64,000 nt of DNA from Podarcis cretensis (Eukaryota). The position numbers and the translations under genes are program-made. Below the pieces are notes generated by a model. That model was given only the letters and a program-made list of their open reading frames with translations, had not been told where the DNA came from and did no database searches. Location: positions 71,610,001 to 71,674,000 of the forward strand of contig OX638152.1 in assembly GCA_951804945.1 (NCBI GenBank), given 5' to 3'. The stretch's first letter is position 1. Each line of letters opens with the position of its first letter. Shown here piece by piece: positions 38,201-52,220 of this stretch.

Positions 38201-40849
38201 CTCCAGGCTGTTATATTTTGATCTCACTGTTGGTTTCAGACCTTTGACTTGATGGCACCATTTCGAATTCACCGTGATGTAAAAAGCAGTGGGAGGCGGC
38301 AGATTGTATCACGATGCAATGCAAAAACAAACTTGCATAATAGAAATTATCTTCAGAGAAACAATAACTGCATGAGAAATATGCCAATTTATATTAAATT
38401 CATTGGCAGATACAAACATCAGCTTCTTGGGCAGGGTGACATGTTCTTCCTGATCCCACACAGGATGACAAGTAGATTTTGGATGCGATAAAGCAACCAG
38501 ACGTACCCTTCTGATCTTGAATTTTCTGGCCTCTAAAAGCAGGGAAGTTCAAAGATCTCTAAACAGTGCAATTCTGTGCAAGTCTGCTCAGAAATAAGTC
38601 ACAGTGAGGTCTATGCTTGTGTTATCCTTTGCAAGCAGACTTTGTGAGGCTGTAACATTGCTTACACCAGAGTAGGAGGGAGTGGGGTGGGCTGAGACAC
38701 TGCTTTGAAATGAACCTGTGAACTGCATGTGTTTTGTTAAAAATCTTGGAAATGCCAGAACTTTAAAATAGCTGTAGCCCTGCTGCCAGAAGAAAAGTCA
38801 TGGCAGTCAGCTGAAGGGAGGACCTCAGTGTTCCACATTGACAATCTTTCCCCTCCACTGATGCCCTATCTCTATCCCCATGTTGTTTGCAAAGGGTGGG
38901 AAATGCTGACTTTGTCAATTTGGTCTGGCCAGTGGATGCAATGCCCTGATCCATTTTGGAGTCATGGGGACTTGCGGTCATGGTCTGAGATGCTCCACTG
39001 CTGTGCTCTCTCTCTTGTTCCCTTCCTCGTAGGCAATGGCTAACATTTCATCACTCAACTTGTCAGCTGAATGTAGTAGGAAAATTCTAGCCCTCTTCAG
39101 TATGCAGTGTGAAGAGGACCATGGGGGACCATAGGCAAACTCTGAGAACCCCATAGACCTTCCCATCTTGAGCAAGAAAATCTTAAGAGGGATTGTAAGC
39201 ATGTTCAGCTTGATTAAACACATCTACAAACCTTTTTCAAACCTTTCCAGTCAAAATGGGATGGCTGGAATAGGAGTGAGTGGAGACAGCACACACAGTG
39301 GGCACTGGAAGCAGGGCTGGTCTCTGTGTGACTCCATACCTTCTACACAATTTGAGATATATACTGTTGAGGAAAAGCACTTGAACCAGGATTTTGCTTC
39401 TTTTGTTTCATTTGTGATGCCCATTTCACACTTCTCAGCCATCACACTGGTTTCATTGAGTGACAGAAGGGCATGTACAAACTCCCCACGACTCCCTTTT
39501 CTGTAAACAGAACTTACATTCCTAAGCTCGGAAATGAAATATCAAGGAATGTCCAAACAGGTTCTTCTCACACCCTCTCCAAACTGACAGAGGATAATGA
39601 TGACATCATAGCTCAGGAGGTCATGGCGGTTTCATTCAAAACATTTTTCTTTTTAAAAAAGCAATTTTCTCAACATATTTGGTATGCGCTATATGAAATA
39701 TGCTATTAAATCATGTCTCTGAGTCTATGTCTGTATAACGCTAAGCCCTCAATAGGATTTCTTTATCTAGGCCTAGCAGTTCTTAGACACCAAATGACGA
39801 CAACAAAGAGGTTCTACTTCAAGCATATATTAAAGGTCTGAAAGTCAACTGGGATTCTCCATTAATGTGACTGTAAGGAAATTACCAGCTAAATTCAGAT
39901 TTCTGGTGTCACACACGGGTCATGAAAAGCACCTGTCATTTGATGGGGCTGGAAGTGTAAGAACTGCCTTTAGGAACATGCATTCATAAGATAGGGATCA
40001 GGGAAAATGCTAAAATCAACAGTTTTGCAGAGGCTATATACTGTATTTGAAAAGGGGGTATCAAATAGGAGAAAACTACTGTTCCTTTACTCTCTTATGA
40101 GTATAAAGAAAGTGGTTTCTCTCATCTGAAAATGCTGCATTTCATTTTTTTTTAAAAAAAAAACAATACCCTTGCTTCTTGTTGATTATTTTCACTCTTT
40201 TGGGTCTTGCAAAAGAAGCTATCAAAATACAAAAATGTTCACAAAAGTACAGAAAAAGGATGCCAAGAAAGTTTAATTAAAATGAATTCCCTTCTGTGGG
40301 GTGAAAATTGCAGCTTTCGGAAATATGTAGACATGGAATTCTTTTTTTTTTTTTTAAAAAAAAGAATAATTCTGGTAGAAAGGGCGGGGGGGGCACCAGA
40401 ACAAATGAATCTTCTGCATATTCAATGCAGTCAATCTGCATGAGAATGGCTTGGCTAAGTCATATTTAAATGAATTGTTTTGCTACTTGGATTAAAAATA
40501 AAATAGGAAAAAGCAATTTGGTTTGTCTCCGATAGCTTTCTAAATTGACTACAGACAAGCTATCATGGAGCTCCATAAGGAAATTCATTGTCTTTCAGAA
40601 ATAGAGGTATTTCATTCAGAGAGTGGATGATCAGTTTTGAAAGCTGAATATCCAGTCCCTACACAGAAAGCTTTTCCCCTCCTTAATGTTTTCCATTTTA
40701 TGTGTTACTGTATCCGCTCCAAATTTCAACAGGGATTTACAGATGTAAGTGACCTATGCTCAGATTTGTGGTGCATGCAAATTTATTGCTGTGCACACTT
40801 GCCTCTATTTAGTACCACAGGACTTAAACTAGGAGATGTTGTTGTATTT

Positions 40850-42200
40850 TTATTTGTTTATTCTTTATTCACTTCAACAATCTGTATATCACTTAACCGC
40901 AGTCATCACTAAGTGGTGTACGAGACCCAATACAGTAAGGTGAAAAAATGAGTTAAAATGATAAAATCAGATTTCAATTCAAAAGCCTGCTGGAATTCTA
41001 ATAATAAGTTCAGGCATTCAACAGTGTCTTGTCTGACCTCAACTGATTGGGAGTTCTCCCAAACTGATTACAAGCAGCTCCTAGTGGGTAGAAGATTTGT
41101 ATCTCACCCAAGGGGCACAACTCACAGTGACTGCCCCAAATACCAAGTAAGGCAGGGATAGAAGAGATCAGATGGTCCCTGTGGTATCCTGGGCCCAAGC
41201 TAAGGACCTTGTAAATTAATGCAAGAACCTTGAACCTGACCTGGTACTCTATGGGCAGCCACTGAAAACTTTTGAGCAATGGTGTTATGTGCTGGCAATA
41301 GACTGTTCCCATCAACAATCTAGCCACTGCATTCTACACCAGCTGGAGGCTGCAGACCAGGCCAAGGGTCGCTCCACATTGCAGTAATTGAGTCTTGAGA
41401 TTACCAATGCATGAAACATTGTAGGCAAACAATCCCTGTCCAAGAATGACCACAGTCAGTGTAGCAGATGTAGTTGGTAAAAAACATTCCTAGCCCCTGG
41501 GAGTACTTGAGCCTCTAGCAACAACTTCCAAAGCTGTCTCAGAGAGAGTGCAATCCTATCCAGGGCAGGCAACTGGCCAGACTCCCAGTCACAGGAACAC
41601 CAGCCACAGTGCCTCCATCACCCTAGGGTTCAAGCTCAGCTTACTGGCCCACTCCCATGCCACTGCTCCACTCAGACAACAGTGCAGATCATTCACAGCT
41701 TCTCCTGACTCGGATGTTATGGAGAAGTAGAGGTGTGCCTCAAGATTCTGAATGACCACAGCCAGCAGCTTCAACTATATTTTAGACAGCATTGGGGGCA
41801 AGATTGTACTCTGTGGTACGCCATAGTGCAAAAGTTCATGGGTCCAGAGCATAATCTCCCAGTGCTACTCTCTGGACACAACTCTGTAGGTAGGAGCAGA
41901 ACCACTGTAGAATAGTGTCCCCAAGACTTATCCTACAGACTCAGTCCAGCATCAAAAGCCACCAAGAGAGGCAGAGCCACACTCCTCTTGCCCTTCTTTG
42001 TATATCGGTCATCCATCTAGATAATTTGAATTCTTCAGGAACTTCTGCAATAGAACCTCAGCCACAATCTTCTCCACCACCTTACTCCAAAAGGGGGCAT
42101 CTGCAACTGGACGGTCATTGTGATAATAAACTCCCATCATCTCTAAATACTGGTTTTGTGACAGCTAGAATTCAACAGCAACTGGAGGGCACCATATTGC
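40850..42200 (-). mobile_element. Old L2 LINE fragment
   Basis: Minus-strand ARLL...HITPLLKSFQWLPIEYQVRFKVLALIYK; boundaries approximate. Confidence 0.75.
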
Positions 42201-45200
42201 CTACTCCTGCCTTAAACTAAGAAAAGCAGGATATATTTATTTCTCATTGTCTTTCTCACCAGGGGTGAAATGAGGCTGCTGAAGCGACATTAGAAGCAGG
42301 GATGAATATTCACAGAGATTTTTGCATTCAACTTCATTTCACTGATTTGCACTGCAGGATACAAATTCTAATATTTGTTCAGAAACACATTTGAGTTCCT
42401 TCTTTGAAAACCCCTGCCTCATTCAGTGCAGAATTTCAGCTCATGCATGTTTCTTTTTAAAACAAAAACAAACAAACAAATCCAGATGTCTGAAATAAAA
42501 TGTCAATATTTAATTACATATCAGTAATTGAATATATGGAAATAAGTAAATATGAATGTTTTGGTCTCTAGATTGAGAAGTGAGTATGAGAGCAAATGAG
42601 TTACCAAAGGCAAGCCAGAGATCTCACAGCCAAGCAAATATTTGCATCTACGTTTTCCAAATCTAAATTTAATACGTTGCCATTGCCTTATGACAGCATC
42701 CTCAGCAATGTCTGCATACAGAAAACCACATGAAATAGGATGCTGCTATTCTCTCCACATCACTGTTTATCCCTCTCAGCTCATGCCATAAGCCACCTTG
42801 GTTTTCACCTATTGAAAGGCAGCATACCAATGAAATAATGATGACAATGATGATGAGCAGTGCCTTTGAACTAGGGGAAAGGGATCTTTGCACCACCCGA
42901 AGCCATCCATCCATCAATATCATAAAAGGAAATGAGTGTAGGATTATATTCTTTATGTACAAAAAAAATCAATCAAATGTTAATAACAAAAAAGCTGCAA
43001 TTATGAAAGCATGTTTGTGTTAATGTCCTTAAAGCGTTTCATTTTGACTGCACTTAAATGTAAAAAAGGAGGGTGTCAATCAAATGAAATAAATATGCAA
43101 AATTAAATTAAACATTATTAATCTTCCATCTGAGTAATCAGTTTAATTTAAACCCAAATAGCAACTAGCTATGAAAACAAAAAGAAAAGTTAGCTGCATT
43201 TTTTTTAAAAAAATGCTCTTTTGAAAATAGCTTTTAAACATTTCCAGGAAATGAAAAACAAAAGAACAGAGTGCCTAAGACATGCAAACACATTCCTGAA
43301 TTTCTATGTGCAATTTGGCATCATCTTTGCAAATTCCTAGAATTTTGTTTCCCTTTTTCATAGCTCCCATTGTATACAGTTGTGGGGTTTGGGTTCCCTC
43401 CCTTACTTGTGTTTTAAAAAAACAAAGCAAAACAAAAAAACAGGCTTTTATGTCACAATTTCTTTCTCAACAGCATTTCATGGTAGACACTGGGCTTTAT
43501 CTTTCTGTGCCGTTGATAAGGATCCAAAATGTAACACTTGAGTCCTTAAGTTTGGTATACTCTCTGACAGTATCTGGAGAACTAAGAGCAGCCTTGTTAT
43601 TGGCAATACAGCAGCAGGCTCTGTGCTGTTCGTTCTCTTTCATGATACCATTTTGATTGCTATAAAATTGCTTTAAAATGGCACCGATTTATATTGTACC
43701 AGAAGAAGAAATGCTTGAGGAAAAGGAAATTCCATCCATTAAAGTCTATTTCCTTTAACTGCTCAGCTGCAAGAAGATGCAACAGGAAAGCTTGAAATAG
43801 GCACTGCTATGCTGTAATGTGTGACAATTATGCTAAACAATTGCCATTTTCTGAATTCCTGTTTAAAAGGAAATGTTATTCTTGTGATATTCCTTTGGTT
43901 TCAGTCTACATTCCCCATTACGCTGACTTTCTCGCCAATAGTTGTCTACTTGTTTGTATACATAACACACAACCAATGCTTATGAATCCTAGATATATTA
44001 ATCAACTTAAGATTTTACAAAGAGATTTTACCAAAGCTTTCCCAATGTGGCTTAAATATGAAGCTTACACATGAAATACAGATAGAAAAATAAACTCATT
44101 CATATTATAATGTTAAAGCAGCAGTTTCCAAATAGTATTCTACAGTCCAACATATTTATTTTCACTCCAATACAACCTGAGAAAAGTTCTATAGGCATTT
44201 AACAATACGACATAGCAATCTAGGAGCCAACTCCTGGGGGCCAAGGTCCTTTTGAACCCCTCAATAAAACATTTCAGGGGACCATCCCCCACAAAGTTAA
44301 TGGGCATTGCCTTTCAAATGGTGTGTGTAGGCCACATCATGTGATTGATTATGGACCCCCTGGGAAACTCAACAAACCTGCCGTACCTGGAACTAGATGT
44401 GGTAAGTACAGCTGAATGGGACACAGCCATGGACAGTATCATTCACCTTGGGCCTATCCATAAAAAGCAAGTCCAGAATGAAAGTCTAGGGTGATGCTCT
44501 CTGTTTCCTGGAACTCTTCTCACTGTGAGACTTTTGAGAATGAGCTGAAAGTTTGTTTGGACCCTGGGTGAGAACTCAGAGGCTGAGAAGAAGGGTATGT
44601 CAGATGGAAAATGAATTGGTAGTAAGATATATAGATATATATAGATATAGATGATATAGATATATAGTGTTTACTTTTGCTATATTTAAGTTGTTTGTTG
44701 TTGCTTCTTAGATATATTCTTAATATGTCAAGTGGTATAGAAATAATCAATAAATCAAACAATGTGATTATCATAATTTAGGCAAAATGCCCCACAAACT
44801 GCAGACACTCACAAGGACCTCACTAAACAGATGCCTGAAAAAGCTGCATTTCAGCAATCAAAGTCAACTGCTATATTTAGTAATTTAGTTATTTTGCATT
44901 ATGCAGATTAGTATTTTTAAAATGTATCAAAGCACCTGTTATGTTATTTGAATCTATTTTCTCTCTTCCCAAGCATTCATAGCTTTACTATTTAGAGACC
45001 ATATCAGAGGGTTTTTATATAAAGCCTGCATCTCCTGGAAGCTAAGAATGGAAGCTTCATTCAAATTTTGACAGTATTTTCCTCTGGCTTTTTTTTTTTT
45101 AAACCTGTTAAAATGCTGCTCTTGGAACTAATTACTTGTAAGCAGTCACTATAATATGATTACATTTCCCTATTAAAACTGTAACTGGGAATTGAAATAT

Positions 45201-47797
45201 TGGCAATGGCAAGTCATTACACCTGCTAGGTGAAATGAAACTCTGTGTGTGCGTTCTTTTCTGTTTGTATTTATCTGTAGTGTAGTTCCTCACACAGTGA
45301 AGTTAACAGTAGAAGTCCTGGGATATATGCAAGGAGTCCACTATGTTGTTCTTCCCTAGGCAAGTGTTTCTGTAATTTCTAAAGCATTCAGAATTGGCGG
45401 GAGCAGGGGCCAAAGCACGAGTTTCATCCATGTAGCCCAGGCCTTTAAAAAGTTAAGCATCATCACCATCACGAAAATGAACTACTGTATTTCAAAAAGC
45501 AATTTACAAAGCAGGGTCAGGGATTGTTACCGATGTATCATCTCCTGTTGCATTATCAAGTGGAAGAACTGAGCAGACAAATAATATTTAGCTTATTGAC
45601 AATTTCAAATTAATAAGCATCTTCTTGAAGGTTCCAGACCTTGAAAGAACTGTGCTAAGGTGGCTTTCACACCCCCAAATATGTAGGGCCTTTCAGCAAC
45701 AAGATACTTTGGCACTTAAAATGTTAACTTCCACAGAAGAATGTGCAGCCATCAATGCATTTTGCCAAGCTAACATGCCATGTCTTGCAGGTGACTGCAG
45801 CATCTGGAAACAGTCAGGTCATGTACTGGGAGGAGCGCAGCAAGATGAGATGCATCAGCACAACCAGAAACCTTCATCTGCCCCAGCTGCAGCAAAACAT
45901 ATCTATCTTGTATCAGTCTTTACAGCTGAAACAGGTGCTGTAACTCTCCGACAGTTGACTTCACTCTCGAAGGACCAGTCTACCAGATGGATGCCAACCA
46001 ATAATATGCAACCCATGAGGTCTTAAAGAGCACTTAGATATAATACCTATCAACATGGTGTGTCCATGCTGTATTTTCATCTGAATGAATTTTAACAAGG
46101 AAAAACCAACAAGAACAATATGATATAGATATATTGTTTCAATATAGTGGCTACTCCTTTTTTTAAATCTAATTACCAGAATTTTTTCTGCCACAACAAA
46201 ATGATTTCATGGCTGTATGATTAAGTGATCTAATAGATGTTCCAACAGCAGAAGACATCAATGTTTTACTAAGAGTGAAGGAAACCCATTTTCTGTTGCC
46301 TTTTAGTCACAGGTAAGAAGCAATAGGACACTTTATGGGGTTAAATAAACAAAGAGATTTTTTTCCAGTGTTGCACAAGCAGCAAGTAATGTCAAGGATA
46401 TTTCTAATTCCCTGAACTAAATGTGGTATTTATCAAAGCTTTCTTTCTTGATAATGATGCCACCTCTTACAAGGTTAAAAATCTTTAAGCTCAATTTTAC
46501 GCTTCTAGGATCTGATGTTAAGTTCCTCGGGTAGCTCTAGTGATTCTTTCATCCCATCAGTCAAATAAAGAAAATTGATTCAGACCCTGTACAGAAGCAG
46601 AAGCAAAAATATGCATGGTGTGCTAACACTGCTGCAAAATCCATATTCCGAGGTGAAGATCTATAAAATAGCTTTATAAAACAACAAAAGGGTAGAACTT
46701 AGGCTATACTGAGTCTTTGCAAAAGAAGTGCTTGCAACATGTTTTCCCCAATACGTTTTTTCCATCTCGTTCGTTAAATGTCCATTCCCCAAATAGCTGC
46801 TGATTTGGTGCCATTTCTTCAGACGTCTTCCTGATTTGAAGTAAACAAGGAATGCGTAGTAACTGTGATAAAGTCGTGAGTATCATTAGCCAATCAGACT
46901 TGGCTATGTGATGTTGCTGGGTCACTTCAGAGTAAAGGCAGTGCTTCCTGGGTCAGCAAATACTGCATTAATGTGAATATAATGTGCCATTGAATATAAT
47001 GTGCACCTCAATTTTCAAAACCTTGAAACCAAAAAAGTATTTGTGGTGAATGTAAATGCACCATTGAATCTAATGTGTGTCATAATTTTTGTGACATAAT
47101 TTGGCTAAAAAAGTTGCACATTACATTCAAGTAAATATGGTGCTAGCATGCTTTTGCTATAGTATATTTCCTCCCTATGACTGTGAAGAAGAGGAATTTT
47201 GACAGTTGTAAAAGTTCATGAAAAATGTCCCAATTTTGTTCAGCATTTGTAGAATATTTTGTGTAAAGAAAGGAGCATCTTTTCTACCCAGAATTCCTTG
47301 GGTCAGCTAGATCAAAAGGCTACATGTTCCATTTCGCAGTCAAAGCAACCCAAGTGTTGGTTCCAATGTCTGCCAATAAGCAACTGTTTTGGCAATATGG
47401 CCAACTGATTTCATGGAGGAAGGCCCACCAGTAATGAGCTGCTGTGCTCATTAGGCCTTACACTCAACCAAGATTGTGGAGATGGCGTTTTTGCTAATAA
47501 AGCGTTAACTCCAACTTTGGACTGTGTGATTACTGACCGGCACACTCTGTGACAGTGTAGTAAGAATGTCTGTGGGCTGAATCATATTTAATATGTGGTT
47601 GAAAATGGATGGATGGATTGATTGATATAATCACTGTGGGTGAATGAGGCATCAGGTTTTATTCTGTCACTAATGCACAAAGTCCCCTTGCCACAAAATT
47701 TCCCCATGAACTTCTTTGGAGTGGGCAGCACTGGGCAAGCAAATGGATACTCACTGTAGAAGCTCTGGAACAGGGCAACTTAACCTTACAGGACATA

Positions 47798-48162
47798 CCG
47801 TATTTTTTGCAACATAACACTCACTTTTTTCCTCCTAGAAAGTAAGGGGAAATGTCTGTGCATGTTATGAAGCGAATGCCTGCGGGTGGCGGGAGGGATC
47901 TGCTGCAGTCGTGAGCAGAGGATCCATGGTTCCCCTCCCTTCCCTCCTCCATGGTTACAAAGCATGGATCCACATGGATCCTCAGGATTTTTGCATTGGG
48001 CTACTCCAAACTCACTGTCAGATCACATGTCTGTGGCCACAGCATGAACCACAAATATCATATATCCCCTATTTCATTTAGAATATTTTTTTTCTTGTTT
48101 TCCTCCTCTAAAAACTTCGTGTGTGTTATGGTCTGGTGCGTGTTATAGAGCGAAAAATACGG
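47798..48162. mobile_element. Shorter, oppositely oriented copy of the 31319 family
   Basis: TA|CCGTATTTTT...AAAAATACGG|TA; shares the GGATCCACATGGATCC block. Confidence 0.85.
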
Positions 48163-48218
48163 TACATCATAGGATTCTCTACATTTCTGTTAGCTCCTAT
48201 AGTCTTCAATTACCATTA

Positions 48219-48571
48219 CAGTGGTGCCTCGCAAGACGAAAAGAATCCGTTCCGCGATCCTCTTCGTCTAGCGGTTTTTTTGTCTTGCGAAGCAAGCCCA
48301 TTGACAGCTTAGCGGATTAGCGCTATTAGCGGCTTAGCGGCTTTTAGCCGCTTTTAGCGGCTTAGCGGCTTATCGGATAAGCGGATAAGCGGTTTAGCGA
48401 CTTAGAAAAAGGGGGGGAAGGAAAAAAAAAACGCAGGAACTCGCAAGACATTTTCGTCTTGCGAAGCAAGCCCATAGGAAATTCGTTTTGCGAAGCACCT
48501 CCAAAACGGAAAACTCTTTCGTCTAGCGAGTTTTCCGTCTTGCGAGGCATTCGTCTTGCGGGGCACTACTG
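48219..48571. mobile_element. Tigger/mariner-like MITE, CpG-rich (young)
   Basis: TA|CAGTGGTGCCTCGCAAGACGAA...TTCGTCTTGCGGGGCACTACTG|TA; internal TTAGCGGC repeats. Confidence 0.88.
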
Positions 48572-49398
48572 TATACCACTTGAGAATGTGGTTGTTCTAT
48601 TTTATTATTATTATTATTTTGCAAACCTATTTGATTTATAATTGAAATGATACTTCATAAAGAGTCATACAACAGGGATTTTGATTTAACTTTTCTCACT
48701 GTTGTGCTAAGCATAAAATTTTCATTCCCAGACTTACGAGTCTCTTGATCCCCATCCTTCGTTTGTTTTTGTTAATATTCTGAGGCTGATTTTGAATTAA
48801 CCAACAAGAATGCTGGGAACGCCTGTATTAACACAAGTTACTACACTGATTTTTTAAAACAGACTTATACATTTTCCTCAAGTGGAAGAATGTGCTTAAT
48901 AGAGTAGATCTCATTGCTCCCATACTGCTAGATGAAATTGCCACATTTTTTTCCTCTCTTTTAAAGAAGCACCCAGGGTGTAACACACCATGGGCTTCTG
49001 CGCTTTTCTTTTGTCTGAATGGAATATACACAGGTAATAAAAATTAGGGATAAGTTTCAGCTGAGTAGTTGTAATTAGAACGGAACGAAAAGGGGAAGTG
49101 CTTTTCAATGAAATTTTCCCAAGCCAAGAAAAGCACGTCTATTGGCCATTTATCACAGCCCCTTGTAAAAGGGGGGATAAAACGTTCATGGGAAGCAGAT
49201 GTCAGTGGGTGAGAGAATCCTTTGTTGTTGCCAAGACAACTGAGTCAATGTTTTGTCATTCTCTGCTGTCCCTACAGTGCTGCGTAGAGAAACCTGGAGC
49301 ATTTGCTCAGTTGCCCTGGCAATGGGAATGCACTCCCACCCTCTGTATCCCTGCCCGCAAATTGTGGACAATTTGCATTCAGTCATATCACCATATAG

Positions 49399-49859
49399 CC
49401 AAATCTTATTGGCTACATGTTACTGGATATTGACTACATGTTACTGGACATTGACTGAGATTAGTCAAGGCAAGATCCTAGCGAAAAGGTAGGAGGTAGC
49501 AAAAGGGGGTGGGGGGCATCAGTGGCTTCTGACAGATGGGAACCACTATGAAAAATTGTAGGATTAAATTTTGTGTGGCGGTGGTGGCGGAGCAATTTGT
49601 AAAATCTTTGCTTTCCCCTCAAAAGCTTTTCAAGACTGCAAATTTAGCACAGCCTTATCTCTCATTGCCCTTGCGAAAAAGAGGAATTGTTGCTTCCTGG
49701 ATTTTGTATGTCACATTTCATACCTCTAGATATCTGCTTTCAAATCCTGAGCTATGTAGCCGTAAGAGTCAAGGGCTCTGATATAGCTGTAGAATCTTGC
49801 CTTGACTAATCTCAGCCAATGTGGGATCATATCCAGTACCATGTAGCCAATAAGATTTG
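49399..49859. mobile_element. MITE-like element with ~80-bp terminal inverted repeats
   Basis: CAAATCTTATTGGCTACATG...CTGAGATTAGTCAAGGCAAGAT mirrored at about 49794-49859. Confidence 0.65.
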
Positions 49860-49949
49860 AGGCAGCCCCATATGTATTAGGATCAAAAAGCAACATCCAA
49901 TCAGTTTGACAGGGGCAGTTGCATGACTTTATCACCTGATTGTCTTTAA

Positions 49950-50465
49950 NNNNNNNNNNNNNNNNNNNNNNNNNNNNNNNNNNNNNNNNNNNNNNNNNNN
50001 NNNNNNNNNNNNNNNNNNNNNNNNNNNNNNNNNNNNNNNNNNNNNNNNNNNNNNNNNNNNNNNNNNNNNNNNNNNNNNNNNNNNNNNNNNNNNNNNNNNN
50101 NNNNNNNNNNNNNNNNNNNNNNNNNNNNNNNNNNNNNNNNNNNNNNNNNNNNNNNNNNNNNNNNNNNNNNNNNNNNNNNNNNNNNNNNNNNNNNNNNNNN
50201 NNNNNNNNNNNNNNNNNNNNNNNNNNNNNNNNNNNNNNNNNNNNNNNNNNNNNNNNNNNNNNNNNNNNNNNNNNNNNNNNNNNNNNNNNNNNNNNNNNNN
50301 NNNNNNNNNNNNNNNNNNNNNNNNNNNNNNNNNNNNNNNNNNNNNNNNNNNNNNNNNNNNNNNNNNNNNNNNNNNNNNNNNNNNNNNNNNNNNNNNNNNN
50401 NNNNNNNNNNNNNNNNNNNNNNNNNNNNNNNNNNNNNNNNNNNNNNNNNNNNNNNNNNNNNNNNN
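49950..50465. other. Assembly gap (516 N)
   Basis: N run. Confidence 1.
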
Positions 50466-50485
50466 TTTAAGTGGCTACAACCTTT

Positions 50486-52220
50486 TTTTAAAAAAATAAT
50501 ATTTATTAAAAATTTTCCAGAATAAAAAGGAAAGATAGCAAGAAAAAAACAAAAAACAAATATGATTTACACTTGGTTTCAGTGGCATCTTTCCCGGACT
50601 TCCCCCCCTCCGCCTCTTGTATTCCATTTCCCATAAATTGATTCCACAGATTCTTACCCCAAATTTTAAAACCTTATTTGTAATTTTAAATAACCCATTT
50701 ATTCCAAATTAATTTATCTTATTTATCTTAATGAACCATTTCTCCTTATATTTTATATAATTCCCTAAGATCGACCCCATTTCCCTTCCACGAATTCCCC
50801 TATTTTCAAACAACAAACATGAAAAAAGAAAAGAAAGAAATAATATATAATTTTACAGCCTTTGGATTCCAAATCTCCCCCCCCCCCCATTCCCCGGTTC
50901 CAATCCCCAAAGTTCATCCATTGTCTACTGCCAGCCTGGTGTCTCCACGTCTATATCTCAACTCCACTTTGCCGTCTTTGATAGCTTTTAATTTCAGAAA
51001 GTCCAATCTCGAAAAAACTCTCAGAAAAAGTCATTGTTCTTCCATCCAGACCTCTATGTTTAAGAGTCTAACTTAAATTCTATTTCTTGGTCCTTTTAAA
51101 GTCTGGATGTTCCAAATACTCCGGCTTCAAATTTGGTCCAGCTCTTATTCCTCAGGTTGCTTTTTCCTGTTCTGCTGCAGAAACCTTCTAATTCAGAAAC
51201 TTCTTGTTCTCCACAGAGGCTTTTGTTATTCAGGAACATAACTTGCGTCAAGTCCCTTCCTTTCTTCAATAGATAAATCCATTGTCTCCTTTAGTATAGA
51301 AACCTCTGTAGACAAAATAATGCTTCGTTTTTGCAGCTTTCCCAAGAGATAACAGATCCTGCTCAAATTCATAGTATTTTTCCACTTGCTGCTACTGTTG
51401 CAATGTCCCAGCCTCCCTCTAGAGGGAATATGGTAACTTAATTTCTTTCAAAATCAGACCCAAAAGTCAAATAACTTGTTGCCTTTATTTCCAATAATTT
51501 ATGTCCAAATTGTAACAAATCTAACCAGCAAAGCCATCGTAACAAAGTTCTCTTTTATTTTCCTGCTTTGACAGCTATTTTGACAGCTGTCAAAGTTTCT
51601 GTGTCTCTTCACCAGTCTCTCATAGCGGATCGTTCCCGGTTCCCGGGGGGGTTGCATTTTAGTTCCCACAAATCAGTCTTCTCCTCCAGCACAATTATTG
51701 TAATTTCCCTTCGTGAAGTTAAAAATTTTTTTTCAGGTAAACAAGTTCATCTCTCGATCTTAGTTGTCAAATCCTTGCGTTGAGCCATCTACAACAGGGG
51801 GGGGGGGCGGACTTCTTTTTTGCACTCCCCCCGCTCGCTCCAAATTCAAAGATCAAATTTCCCTTTTAAGTCCAATCAATTTACTCACGGGTTGTTCCTT
51901 TTAGTCCAAATCCGAAATTTTCAAAGAAGAAGTCGTTGCTCTCCGCCGAATGGCATGCGGCTTCGCTGGGCAGGGGAAGCATTGGACTCACAGCACCACA
52001 CCCCCCCGTCACCCGCTCCGCAGCCTTTAAAAAGGCTCCTTCGCGGGTCGGGGGGCGCAAACGGTGCCCGCCGAGTCACCAAGTCCATGGGCATCTCCGC
52101 CCATGGTTTTTGAGGGTCCCCGCGTCGCCAGCACGGCAGGACCCGACCCCTACCCAGCCGACTCCCTCCGGAGCTCGGAGGGAGTCCGCCATTCGGCGAT
52201 GGCGCCGACCCGGAAGTCTG
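50486..52220 (-). mobile_element. Complete short non-autonomous L1 derivative (HAL1-like)
   Basis: Minus strand starts near GACTTCCGGGTCGGCGCC with CpG-rich 5'UTR and ends with AATAAA and an A-rich tail; TSD ACAACCTTT (50477-50485, 52221-52229) at a TT/AAAG site. Confidence 0.75.

Noticed and set aside
46690-46830. Possible minus-strand coding exon after TTCAAATCAG
   Set aside because: No recognisable protein in the open frames and no good donor site
49940-50470. 176-aa ORF
   Set aside because: Artefact of the N gap
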